DNA from: Antedon mediterranea
Lineage: Eukaryota; Animalia; Echinodermata
Length of the DNA stretch: 64,000 nt
Reading direction: 5' to 3'
NCBI RefSeq assembly: GCF_964355755.1
Contig: NC_092680.1
Location: forward strand, 15,261,045 to 15,325,044
Position numbers and translations under genes: made by a program. This document shows positions 1 to 12,800 of the stretch, one piece after another (positions within the stretch are counted from its first letter, which is position 1; the number at the start of each line of letters is the position of its first letter). The notes under the pieces were generated by a model. The model was not told the origin of the DNA, ran no database searches, and saw only the letters and a list, made by a program, of their open reading frames with translations.

Positions 1-335
1 AGCATGAAAATAATGTTGGATGATAATAACAGATTAACAAATAAAAGACTAAAAATACAATTATATTTCATAGTTTACCGTACTAGAATACCTTATTATC
101 GGGGACTTCCCCGTTCACATTAAACGATCGTTTTGCTAATTCCTAGCGCACATAGGAGTGTCATTTCTGGCAAACACTAGAGGTGTCATTTATCATGACT
201 TTTACGTGAGAGAGTACCATTTCCAGTGCCGGTGAACAAAATTTGCCTCGCCACAGGCCCACCCACAAATACTTTGTGTCCGAACCTTATTATTACTTAT
301 TTATATCTAAACTAAACACACAGTACTATACTTAA

Positions 336-949
336 AGCCCCATTCCCTACGTTTTTTAGATCTAATTTAAGATCACAAACTATATTTAATGTAAAAATAA
401 TACTATATGGTCCTATTGCGATAACTTTTTTCGTCTTTAAACGGTTAAAAATGTGAAAAATAAATCGATTCTAATAATTATAGCGGCCCGCTATAAATCC
501 CAAAATGCATTGCGCGCGGATTGATATTTTTGTTTTTCACCTGTAATTCGCCCACTTTTCGATCGATCGTGAAGCCAAAACAAATGGAAGACTCCTAACT
601 TTTCAGCGAAAATACCGGGTTTTCCCAAATTTGTATCAACAGAGTCTGGCAAAAATAGAAAGACAATTAATGCAGCAACTACAACGTCAGGCTAGGTATA
701 TAGCTAGCGTACGATGTTCGTACGTTATCGATGTTTACCAGCTGGGCCTACAAAACGAAGCCTAACTAGGCTAGGCCTAAGACCGTCCACGAGAGGTCGA
801 TCGCCGCGAGCTACTTAGGTAGTGCATTGTTTCTCACTTTTTATCATAATTTACCATAAAACGTACATTTAAGACAAGGTTTAATGTTTTTAAAGTGATA
901 TATATGTATTATTTTCCAAAAAACGTCCAAAATTGCAGGGAAGGGGTCT
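336..949. mobile_element. Non-autonomous Kolobok-like DNA transposon (family A, copy 1)
   Basis: TTAA on both flanks (332-335, 950-953). Termini agccccattccct / agggaaggggtct (AG..CT, imperfect TIR). Near-identical inverted copy at 27881-28506. Confidence 0.85.
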
Positions 950-1156
950 TTAATATGCACACAGTATATACTGTAGATAAACATCAAACAGTGTAACATT
1001 AGTACGCCCCAAACAAATTAAATGTATAACCTAGTATAGTATTAATTAAAAGTATTCATTTTTAATAAAATTCATATACAGTAGGATAACTTAAATTATA
1101 ATAACAATTATTAATAATAACATACATTATGCTTTCTTATTAATTTCATCTTTTAG

Positions 1157-4100
1157 ATTGTTCTAATGAGAAAACTTGTGAAGAGGGTAAAAGTGCAGGT
1201 AATCAGACAGATGTCTCGTCAGGTCAAACAATTGCGAGGAAAGAAGGGTACAGAACAACAAATAGGGAAAAATTTGCGACGTGTAGAACGACTTCTTGAG
1301 GAACTTGAGTGTATAAAAGATTTAGTTGCAGATGATATCTCACGGCAAGCATTCTTTGGCAAGCTATCCTTTGATATTCAATCTCAGGAGGTAATTAATG
1401 AATAGTGTTGTGACATAGATCTTACTGTCCTATCACAGTAAACTAATATTGTTGTTTATATAACACCTAAATACATTTTAAATTGTACGATTGTGGGTCA
1501 CATGGGGTTGAAATTGTCGTCTTGAAAGATGTACTAGGTTCCTTAAAGTGCACACGAGCTAGATGTGTACACTGGACCTACGGTTTATAGTCCTTATCCG
1601 AGAAGACTCGTTCTACCACCAGAACCATGGAGTGAGTGAGCCTCGAACCCCTGCCGATATTACTGTATGGCTACGTAATTACGGTTACATTGTCTTAACC
1701 GCTCGGCCACTCACTCACTTACAATAGTACTATTAGATTTAGATGTTATAAAAGGATTAATGTTTTTATATTAGTGCGATAGTACAATACAAATAATTTC
1801 ATTCATAAATATATTTGTACCATCGCACTTATTATAAACATTCATTATTTGTACACTTTATTTATACTTTATCATGTTACAATTTTCACCTTCCTTCTTT
1901 TACTTTCAAACAAATACATAAATGGTGAAATTAGGCTAACTATTTATATTCTTAGCTAATCAAGTCTTTAAAACAACACATCAAAAGTTATTCAAGATTG
2001 TGTAGAGTTTAAACCTAAAGAACACAACAACACAACCATTCTTATGGCTCAATTAGTTTCGATACTATCAATCAATAAATAATGATTACAAAATGTTTAA
2101 TAACATGCTCATATTTTGTAACAACTCAGACTTTAAGATTTAAATAATTTTGCCTTGTATCATTTTTTTTTATTATCAATATTTTTAATTATTAAAGGAT
2201 GATGCATTGAAAAGAGCAACAACTAAAATCGTTCAACATAAAATTATACAAGAAAGAGTCAAATCACTCAGAGGTAAAGTAACATTGCTAAATGGTTATA
2301 TTTCTGTAGCATATTTTAATTGTATTGTAACTTCTATGGAATAGATTGTGTCAGGGGTTAAGTCATATGTCAGAGGTTAAGTCATCGTTCATGGTTACAG
2401 TACGACTTAAGTACAACTCTGTTCAGTACATTACGTTACAGATGATTTTTGTCTTGTTTTTTTTAGAGCAAGGTATACTGACTAGTAATTTAAATTTAAA
2501 AGAACTTGACAGGAAAAAAAGAAGAAAAAAGAAACCAACACATTTGGATTTGGGAATTGAAAAATCTAATGTTGAATCTATGGATATTAAAGATGATACT
2601 AATGTAAAGGATGATAGCAAAGAAAGTGGCAGTGATGATAATAATGATGATGATCAGGGTGATCACAGTGATAGTAGTAATGATGATACAAATGATTCTG
2701 ATGTCAGTGAAGATGCCACAAATGATCAAGCCATTCTAAGACAACAGAAAAGTCAGTTAAAACGGACATTAGACAAGTCGGTTGAAGGAAGTAAAGCATC
2801 AGATTTCTTTATAAGAGGCTCGTCAGATGATAACAGTGATATTGAAAAGGATGACTCCAAATCAGATGCAGTTTTACCTCAGCCAAGTTCATCCAAGATA
2901 AATAGAAAAACTGTAAAAAAAAAGTAAGAAATTATTACATTTTTTAAAGACAATGTAATTACCATTATAGTAAGTTACCTCTACAACACAGTAGGTTGTA
3001 TAACAATGTGAAAAGCTACAACATTTCAGAATTTACAGTACTTCAGTACAGGGATGTATTTGGTCAAGCATATAAATACCTCATTAAAAACTTTAATAAT
3101 GCATTTACTATGTTTTGATAACATGGAATAAAGGAACTCGGAGGAGTCATGATTAAATATAAATGTTATGTGATCATAATCAGGATTGCCAATAATGGCA
3201 TAGGTAAATATTTTGATAACATGGAATAAAGGAACTCGGAGGAGTCATGATTAAATATAAATGTTATGTGATCATAATCAGGATTGCCAATAATGGCATA
3301 GGTAAACATTTATAACAAGAAATGTATGCAAATAACAATATGATGATAAACCAAAACAAAAGGCTGGTAAACAAAAGTTTGATGCTCACAAGCAAAGATT
3401 AAAGATTGTTTATTGTGGTGATTGGCTAGTCTAATTTCTAACAATGATTTAGCTTAATAATCATAAAGAAAAACATTTTGTCACATGATTTGACTGCAAT
3501 ATATCTGCTTGCAATTACCGCCACAAAGCAAAACGCACGCTGGTTGGCACCCAGTGATTGGTCAAAGTAGAAAATCTCCTTAATGCCAAATTTAATCTAC
3601 CAATTATGGGAACTACCAATTATTTTTGTTATGGTAGATCATAAGAAAATGTTGTGTATGGTGTTTTTGTTATTTACAGTAGGCAAGGAGAGAACAGATT
3701 AAAGGGTATGCGAGGTAGGAGGGAACAACTTGAAGAAAACACAAGATCTGCATTTAAGAAAAGAGCAGCGGAAGCTAAAGCAGCGATTGTTGATAGACCC
3801 AATAGTACAACTACACCAATGAATACAGAGAAAAACATTCTTGGAATCTCAGAACTGCCACCGGACCTTGAGACAAAGGATTTTAGTATTAAAGGTACTG
3901 TATGAGAAATCATTAATTTCAATCATTTAGTATGCAAATGATATGTAGCATAATATATGAAATATTTTTAGGATATGAAGATGTTGACTGCCCATTCATC
4001 TTTCATCAGTAATTGTGCTGGAATGAAATACAACAGGAGGATGTGTCAGAACTGACACATCGCATGCTTTCTTTTGTGTTAATAAATTGATTGTAGAGGC

Positions 4101-5241
4101 TGTAACATTCTTAAGCCTGGTCTACTGGTAAAACTTTATGTGACAAAAAAATTGTATGTGCCCATATATGGAAATATCACTACCATATTTGGGCATATCA
4201 CTACCATTATTTGGGCAATATCACACTTTTTTGGTCAAACTAGTTTGATAGTGTAGACAGAGCTTTAGAAGTAAAGCTTGGTTTCCACTTGGATGAAATG
4301 CAAGTTAGTTGACCAATCACACAAAGCAAATGTTTGGTTTGGGTGATCCATCGCAATGTGATTAGTCAAATGACGTGTAGTGAGCTTACGTCCTGCATCT
4401 GGAACCAAGCTTAAAGATGTATTGTCCCTTTGAGTAATCAAAAAAAAATAATTTTTTTTTAATATTTCGAAAAAAAGTGGGTCATTTTGAAGTATCATGA
4501 TAGTTATTAACTTTCATCAAAAATTAGTAAAAAAAAAAAAATTAACCGAAATACGGATGTTTTTTTGTTAAAAAAATAACTTTGACTTCCAGTCAAAGTT
4601 TTCGATCAAAACATATTCATAATGCAACGGCTTGTTTGGCTACTCTGTATGCATAATCATTAAACTTCCTCGCGATCACCTTTTCAACTGCGACGAGTTG
4701 TAAACAATCCTAATTAGCATCATGCATAATGTATACTCGTGGTTTGAAATCTTTGTTTACTTTCGCTCATGACGATTTTAATCAAATTAATGTAATCAAC
4801 AAACTTTTTGTTTTTGCCTTAAAGTGAACAACTTTAATATTACTTTGATTTAACCAATTTAAATTTAGAATTTTTTTGGGTCATTTTTTGTGTTTCAAGG
4901 GACAATACATCTTTAAGGCAACTTAAAATGATTTTTTTGTATAGTGTTCTTCAAGTAGAATTGAAAATGTTTATCTTTATTTTAAGTGTAAAATAAATAA
5001 ACAGAAATCTTTCATTTTATTTACAGAGGGAATGAACAGATTTGTAAAGCAAAATTCCAGCTCATCACCCATGTCAGGTCAAAGGACCATGTCAGGTCAA
5101 AAGACCATGTCAAACAGGAAACCGCAAAAGAACCTCCCAGTTGAAAAATTACATCCATCATGGGAGGCAAAACGAAAACAAAAAGAACAGTCAGCCAAGA
5201 TTTTGCCTTTTCAAGGAAAGAAAATTACATTTGATGATTAA
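1157..5241 (+). CDS. SRFBP1: Serum response factor-binding protein 1 (BUD22-domain ribosome biogenesis factor), 5'-partial, 5 exons visible
   Basis: Exons 1157-1390, 2198-2273, 2467-2923, 3680-3894 and 5027-5241 are all AG/GT-bounded and phase-compatible (1197 nt). N-terminal [35 protein letters not shown] resembles the SRFBP1 N-terminus. An acidic/Ser-rich middle is followed by C-terminal [24 protein letters not shown], the BUD22/SRFBP1 signature. Start exon not identified. Confidence 0.93.
1490..1718 (-). mobile_element. tRNA-derived SINE with Deu-like central domain (copy 1)
   Basis: Minus strand has A box gtggccgagcggttaag and B box ggttcgagg, then gtcttctcggataaggactataaaccgtaggtcc..gcactttaaggaacc, resembling the DeuSINE core. 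Related copies at about 19330-19560 and 21525-21745. Confidence 0.7.
3113..3306. repeat. Tandem duplication with 98-bp period in an SRFBP1 intron
   Basis: ttttgataacatggaataaagg...ggcataggtaaa occurs at 3113 and again at 3211 with identical sequence. Confidence 0.95.
4114..4264. mobile_element. About 150-bp PIF/Harbinger-like MITE (family B)
   Basis: Right TIR gtttgatagtgtagacagagct, TTA flanks, and internal gtgcccatatatgg/atcactaccatatttgggc shared with at least 7 other copies. Confidence 0.75.
4275..4411. mobile_element. Short Harbinger-like MITE
   Basis: TIR agcttggtttcca / tggaaccaagct with TAA on both sides. Confidence 0.6.
4415..4912. mobile_element. Kolobok-like non-autonomous element (family C)
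   Basis: TIR agatgtattgtcccttt / aagggacaatacatct with TTAA flanks. The same TIR occurs at 23758-24059 and 51090-51401. Confidence 0.85.
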
Positions 5242-5727
5242 AAATTGTATAGATAAAATGTTTTTTAACTATTGGGTGTAATACTGCTCACGTCGGAGTT
5301 GCATTAATACACAATCTGTTTTAGGTCTTGGCGATTCATTCATAAATTAATAAGTTAGTAAAATAAAGCTGACCTAATTTGTCACGTTTTGTTTCTAAAC
5401 ATGAAAAAGGTTGACCAGTTTAATACAGTTTTTATACAGTCTTACCGAGATACACGCAATTAACAAATGAAAATAAATTATATACTAGTACAAGTTGTTT
5501 GAAATAATATCTTTTATTTTGTTTACAGTTTAACATACTATTCTGTAGTAAATTTCCATTGCAACAACCTACACATAATATTGCATTACATCTAAAAATA
5601 AAAACAAATATATACTTTATTAGCCTACATTAAGTAATAAAAAAAGTGTTTCATTTTATCTCGGAGGTTAATCACTCCCATTATGTACCTGTGTTCATAT
5701 AATATAGCATGATTATGCCTTGACTAA

Positions 5728-5863
5728 AACCTGTCTACACTATCAAACTTTATGTGACAACAAAATGGTAATGTGTTCATATATGGACATGATGATGTAA
5801 TATCACTACCATATTTAGCATATCACCTTTTTGTCAAACTGGTTTGATAGTATAGACAAAGCT
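5728..5863. mobile_element. Family B MITE copy
   Basis: ctgtctacactatcaaac ... gtttgatagtatagacaaagct. Confidence 0.75.
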
Positions 5864-6732
5864 TAACACAAACATCCAGTAGGACCTGTATTTTGTTTTA
5901 TAAACATTTTACCAACATTGGTATCAAACAGTGTAAATGTAATCATAGTCAATATTATGTTGTAATGGAAAAGCCGTAATCGGACAACTTGATCCAAGGT
6001 AGTACTAGGCAACCAGCAGATATGACTACAATAGGATCACTATGAGGTTAGTTACTGTTACGCGACTGTTATAATAAAGGCACATATGGCCACTCATATG
6101 AGGCCAAAGGTTGACCATGCTGTATGTAATAAAGGAGTGTTAATATTAAAATAGAATACATGAACGTCCTTGCTGTGCATCATTTCTATTAATGAGTGTC
6201 AATAAACATGATACAGTTATCCGTACTATCCATTTTAAACACTATTGAATAAACTAAAACTTATGAATTGAATTTGTTAACATTTTTTATAGAATATAGA
6301 TTTAAGTGCGGAAATATTTTTTTATTATCACAAAGCCTTTGAAAAGTCGGTACAGTGAATATTATATGACAGTAATAAATAATATTAATTACTGTGTATC
6401 GTTCATTATGAACTTTATGCTGAGAATATTAAGACATTTTTATTTAGGAAAACCAATCAACTATATGATTCTTCAATATAAAAACATGCATTTTATGTAC
6501 AAATCTAGCATCATAAATTTAGCTAATAAAAATATAAATTGTTTTTATATCAAAAACACCAATAACATGCAAACCACAGAAATAATAAATAATTATAATA
6601 AACTACTCACAGTATAATTGTACGCAATATAACTTGTTTATGATAGTGATGAGTTTACTTTAGCATGGGACCACAATTCTTTACTGCAATAACTACATTG
6701 TTGTACTCAAAACCAGTTTATGCAATTTATTT

Positions 6733-6820
6733 AAAGTTTGCGGTACACCATGTGTATATAGTTCTGAAAAGAACTGTTGAGTTTCTCGACATTTTGATCA
6801 ATAATTTGATTGTCCTCAAC
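6733..6820 (-). mobile_element. Dispersed repeat, probable Penelope-like element terminal fragment with degenerate hammerhead motif
   Basis: aaagtttgcggtacacca..gttctgaaaagaactgttgagtttctc is shared with 38064-38152, with a weaker match at 20593-20680. Minus strand reads TGAGGA-hairpin-(G/A)AAA-YGTY. Confidence 0.5.
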
Positions 6821-7702
6821 AAATTCATTTAAACAATATCATACCATGGAGGTAACCATTACTGCAGTAAAACAAATTAGTTACTGCTGTAACTTAAGTA
6901 AAAAAATTACTCAGTTTAGAGAGGTTACATGGTGTAACTTATAAACCACTTTACGGCTACATTATAAAAACAATTAAACACAGTTTAAACTGTCAATATT
7001 TACACTTATCTATTTATTAGTGGGATTTATACTTTAAGAAAAGTACATTATATTACAATATAATACTAATAAAGTATTAAAATCATTTTTTAAACTCGGA
7101 ATTTTATTTTAATCTAAGTAGACATTAGAGTATCAATTTTGAATAAATACTAAATCTATTATTGTTGAAATATTACAATACTTTGTACTTAATTTATTAT
7201 TAACATATTTTAATGTAAATTAAAAATAATTTTATTTTATAGTTGTTTTTATAATTTTATTTAGCATTTACGTATATAAACTATAGGCTTAATATAATTA
7301 AGTTATTCTTTTAAGATATTAAATTTATCATCATCTATATTATATATATTATTTGTAATAATTAGTCACTGGTTGGAGGTACACACCTAATTGGTGACAG
7401 TGGCTTAGGCTGCTTTTGTGCTTTCCTGGCAGCTAGTGACTATGATTTTATACTTTCTTTTGCGTTGTGTTTGTTTAATTTGTTGATTTGTATTATATTT
7501 TGTAAAATGTATCTTTTGCCTGAATAAATAATAATAATAATAAATAATAATAATAATAAATATTAATAATAATAATAGAGTAGAACCCATATAGTGTTAT
7601 AACATAGATTGAACATTACACATCCATTCTGTTCACAGGAAAGGGGCATCTTTTTAATAGTTCAAGTTCACAATTGTTCAAATGATGTCTCTGTATACAA
7701 CA

Positions 7703-7929
7703 GGAGTGAAGTTGTGGCTTGGTGGTTATGATGCTTGGCTACCACTCTAAGGGTCCTGGGTTCAAGTCCTGTCACATGTCAGGATTTTTTCTAAGGACCA
7801 AATTACTCCACTCCCAAAGACTTGTAATAAGACTTTGTTTATGTAGAGCATCTTGTGTATATGTTTGTCTTGTGAACCTCTGAGGGTCCCTAATGATCAG
7901 CAATAGCTGGATGGATCACTCATTAAATA

Positions 7930-7960
<31 letters not shown>
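7703..7960 (+). mobile_element. tRNA-derived SINE with poly(A) tail
   Basis: A box tggcttggtgg, B box ggttcaagtcc, and a 3' tail gagggtccctaatgatcagc..gctggatgga followed by a poly(A) run of about 26 nt. The same tail occurs at about 26860-26935. Confidence 0.7.
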
Positions 7961-8131
7961 CACAACTTGACTATTAAAATAATAAAGTTAATTGAAGATT
8001 AATTCATTTAATGTATAAGTATACACTAACCTCAATTTTAAGTATGATACCTGTTTTATATACTATTGTTACATCAAACTAACATTATTCATAATATGCA
8101 ACTAAACTGTACACATATTATAACTTTCTTA

Positions 8132-8244
8132 AGCTCTGTCTGCACTATCAAACTAGTGTGATGTGCCCAAATATGGTAGTGATATGACATCACTGTGTCC
8201 ATATATGGGCACATCACATTCTTTTGTCTCATAAAGTCAGAGCC
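8132..8244. mobile_element. Family B MITE, internally deleted copy
   Basis: agctctgtctgcactatcaaact then gtgatgtgcccaaatatggtagtg; right end degenerate. Confidence 0.6.
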
Positions 8245-8670
8245 TATCTTTTGATCTCATTATGCAAAATATTAAAATTTTTTAATATATTAGGAATTTG
8301 ATATCATTGAAAAGGCAAAAAATGGTTACTTTTGAAGTCAGAAAATACCATTAAGTTAATGAAGATAGCACACATGATTCATTAAAATGTAATTAAAAAT
8401 AAAGTGGTCAATTTTTTATTTTCCCTACCTAAAACTAACTACATGTACCTAAGAGTAAATATATTATGTTATTGTATTTAAAAAAATTCCAAGTAATAAA
8501 TTTATTATCTCATCGACTTCTTGTAAACATTGAACATATGAAGTTTCAACAAGTGGACCATTTTAAGATTTAATAATTTGTAATTAGTACAGTTCATTTT
8601 AGTTTTCAAAAGTATGAAATTGAATGCAAAAAATGATCTATTATATTATATTTTTACACAATTAATAGCA

Positions 8671-9810
8671 TTGTACATTCTGTGTGAACATGTGTTATAA
8701 ACCCCTTGTTTGTCTTTACAGCTTCAACTGTTGCACATTGTGTGTGAACATGTGTTATAAACCCCTTGTTTGTCTTTACAGCTTTAACTGTTGCACATTG
8801 TGTGTGAACATGCGTTATAAACCCCTTGTTTGTCTTTACAGCTTCAACTGTTGCACATTCTGTGTGAACATGTGTTATAAACCCCTTGTTTGTCTTTACA
8901 GCTTTAACTGTTGCACATTGTGTGTGAACATGCGTTATAAACCCCTTGTTTGTCTTTACAGCTTTAACTGTTGCACATTGTGTGTGAACATGCGTTATAA
9001 ACCCCTTGTTTGTCTTTACAGCTTTAACTGTTGCACATTGTGTGTGAACATGTGTTGTAAACCCTTGTTTGTCTTTACAGCTTTAACTGTTGCACATTCC
9101 GTGTGAACATGTGTTATAAACCCCTTGTTTGTCTTTACAGCTTTAACTGTTGCACATTGTGTGTGAACATGTGTTATAAACCCCTTGTTTGTCCCTGTAG
9201 CTTTAACTGTTGCACATTCTGTGTGAACATGTGTTATAAACCCCTTGTTTGTCCCTGTAGCTTTAACTGTTGCACATTCCATGTGAACATGTGTTGTAAA
9301 CCCTTGTTTGTCTTTACAGCTTTAACTGTTGCACATTGTGTGTGAACATGTGTTATAAACCCCTTGTTTGTCCCTGTAGCTTTAACTGTTGCACATTCTG
9401 TGTGAACATGTGTTATAAACCCCTTGTTTGTCCCTGTAGCTTTAACTGTTGCACATTCCATGTGAACATGTGTTGTAAACCCTTGTTTGTCTTTGCAGCT
9501 TGAACTGTTGCACATTCCGTGTGAACATGTGTTATAAACCCCTTGTTTGTTCTTGTAGCTTTAACTGTTGCACATTGTGTGTGAACATGTGTTATAAACC
9601 CCTTGTTTGTCCTTGTAGCTTTAACTGTTGCACATTGTGTGTGAACATGTGTTATAAACCCCTTGTTTGTCTTTACAGCTTTAACTGTTGCACATTGTGT
9701 GTGAACATGTGTTATAAACCCTTGCTTGTCTTTGCAGCTTTAACTGTTGCACATTCCGTGTGAACATGTGTTATAAACCCCTTGTTTGTCCCTGTAGCTT
9801 TAACTGTTGC
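8671..9810. repeat. 60-bp minisatellite, 19 units, overlapping the MAP2K5 stop codon and 3'UTR
   Basis: Unit ttgcacattgtgtgtgaacatgtgttataaaccccttgtttgtctttacagctttaactg. Units start at 8671, 8731 ... 9747. Four units (9031, 9270, 9449, 9688) are 59 bp. Confidence 0.97.
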
Positions 9811-12800
9811 AATTTCATACATATAAATGTTGCAATTTCTTGTTGTCTTAGAGCACCGTCGTTCATGCGTAGAAAGGTATGCTGTAGTAAATCAATTAGT
9901 GGCGGCCTAGCATTTGGATCCTTTTGCATGCTGAAAAAAAAAGAAAAAGTATATACATATGTAAAAAATTTGTATTAACTGTTGCTAAATTAATTTGAAA
10001 ATTGTTTGATGTTAATAAGTGATAAAGCAATTTTGGGGTATCCACATTGTCTGAATTTCATATCCTAGTCTGATGTTCCTTACTGTTGCGCCATATCGCT
10101 ATCATTATGGTTATTTCCCCTCAGTAATAGAGAGGTTTCGCAATCTTACGAATACGATAACGGATACTTCACGCACACGTATTCGTTTTCGTAAGCCATA
10201 AAAAAATCTGTTTCGCATGGCAACGAAATATTGATGCGCGTCCAAAATATGACTGCGGTAAATTTGAGCGAAGCGCAGGTACGTGTTGCTTGGTGCTTGG
10301 CTGCCCAGGCCTAGCCATGGAGTAACATCAAAGCGAGTGAGGACTTTAAAAACTGTTATTTATCAAAATTGACTTGGCATTTTAGTAAATTACTTTCAAT
10401 AAATCCATAATTATATTATAATCATGAATCATTCCCGATTCAAATGCAAAATGTACAAAATAGATCAAAAACTATACTCGTTTTGTAGTTACGAATATAT
10501 GGTGATATTCGTCAACACGATTTACGAATATGAAATGGGGATCAGCTCAAAAGTTTCACAAATGTATGACTATTTATTTCCGTTATCGTATTTGTAAGGT
10601 TGCGAAACCTCCCTAATTGCTTATAAATTTTAAATGCAATGTGGTGAATGTATTGCGTGTACAGTATTACTTCTGATTATGCTGCCTCACCATTACATTA
10701 TACAAATTAAAAATGGACTGTGCTAAAAGATTGTATTACTCATACCGCCTGAGGATTGCATTATAGAAATTAAAAAGAAAGTACTTATATGAGTATGCAC
10801 CAGTTCATACAAATTAAAACAGAATTCATTTATAACAGTAGTGAAATAATAATAAGAATAATGAATGTTTATGAGTTGAAAAAAGAGAATATTTCATTGG
10901 TTGAAAGATTGAAATAAAAGCAGTTAATCTTTTAACTCATAAAATATTCTCACCTTTCAACGAATACAGAAAATTCATTATTGTTTTAGAACACAGCTAC
11001 TGTACTGTTCTCAAATAATCTTTTATTCAATAAATCCATCTTGAATCATCCATCAAATTGCGGATCAGTACCTTGCATATGGCATGAAAAATGTACAAAA
11101 TCTGGCTGATCGTATATATAGTGCAAAATAATGAACAGTATGTGATGCATAATTATTAAGCAATAAAACGGCAAGTGTACACTAAGGTGTGTTATAACTA
11201 TGAACATGCATCAGTAATAGATTAAGAAGATCATTTTATTTCCAATGTTTTGTATACTTACCATTGTGAAACAAAATCGGAAAATGACTGTGAATATTTA
11301 TCAAGTGAAAGAGTCGGTGGGTTCTGTAAAAAAACAAAAACTTGCATAAAAAATAACCAATGTTGAGTTAATTCATATAATTCTTTCTTTTTAAAATTGT
11401 CTATGAATTTCTAATACTAGCACACTTGTTTAAATGCATGTTTTTCATTTAAAAAATAATATATTGTACTTAAAACATTATGAAGTACTGTGGAATGTAG
11501 TATTGTGTTTTGATAATCTGTATAAATGATGGGCATATACAGACAATTATGTTTATAAAGGTTTAACCCTAGGCATTGTGATCTGTGTATAGCACTAGGC
11601 CCAGAAACAAGTAAGGTTGAAATTCTTCATGGTTTATACATTGTTTAATACTTATATCATTGTTTTGTAATTTCTCCCCAACGAAAAGAAGATACACTGC
11701 TTTCCAGTAGAACCCTAATTATTGCTTTTCTAAAATATACCTATAGCTTAGCTAAATGCTTACCTCATGTACTATACACTGTAGAAGATCTATTGGCTAA
11801 AACAAGAAAAAAAAAGTGGTTATCTAAAGCTATATTCACACTATCAAACTAGTTTGACAAACAAAGTGTGATGTGCCCAAATATGGTAGTGATATGACAT
11901 CATCATGTCCATATATGAGCACATCACATTTTTTGTCACATAAAGTTTGATAGTATAAATAGGACTTTAATCTATTTATTAAAATCATTTTCGTTTGGAT
12001 ATTTCACACCAGATTAAGACGTCTACGTGTAGACAGAGCTTAACATGGTGTGTAACTACTTGTAACAAGTGCATGCCGGCCAAAATGTAGGTGTCAATGG
12101 GCATTTGTTGCCATTTTGTATGAAAAGAAATGTATTATTTGTCTTACTGATAATGCCTGTTGTCTTGGGGTAACCTAATAAAAAATAAAATATATAATCA
12201 TTATAATATAAAAATGACTAGTTAATTTGAAAATAAACAAATGTAGCGATCAGTATTGATCAGTATTATTTGATACACATTGACCTCATACATGGATTAT
12301 AAACGTTACTCTACTCTTTAAAGAACAAACAAAAACTGTAATACTTACAGGGTAAGGAAACCTTCCGGTTGCCATCTGAAATTAGTAAAAAAAATAGTTA
12401 TTATTAATAATAAAGCTCATAGTACCGTATATTTCGGTGTATAAGTCGCACTTTTGACACGCAAATTTGACCTCTAAATTAAGGGTGCGTCTTATACACC
12501 GAACATAAATGCCTCACCACACAGATTGTACATATAGGCCTAGGCCTAGACCTCGATATCGTCACCTCGTTTGCTAGGCCTAGCCTAGCTACAGTAACTA
12601 ACTAACGTAACAGCAACCTGCTTCTGCCTAGTTTTCAAGGCATTTTAGCATGATGTTATACTAAATATGATGAAAAGATTTGTTCATTATGGAGCTGTTT
12701 TAGGCGCTCCGATAAAATTTCATTAGTAAACGTTTACATACGATTGGAATAGTATTTATTTATACAGTAGTTATACGCACGATCGATCGCCGACCGCCGT

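Noticed and set aside
1-123. ATG at position 4 as the SRFBP1 start exon
   Set aside because: No convincing donor or similarity to the SRFBP1 N-terminus. The start exon is probably outside the window.
7703-7775. Possible tRNA gene
   Set aside because: A and B boxes are present, but the cloverleaf is poor and it runs into a SINE body and poly(A).
8671-9810. CRISPR-like regular array
   Set aside because: Units are contiguous with no unique spacers, there are no cas genes, and the context is eukaryotic.
8684-9978. Cys-rich repetitive ORFs ([20 protein letters not shown])n that look like metallothionein or keratin-associated proteins
   Set aside because: They are translations of the 60-bp array antisense to MAP2K5, broken by four 1-bp deletions, and most start at GTG/TTG. 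No splice or promoter support.
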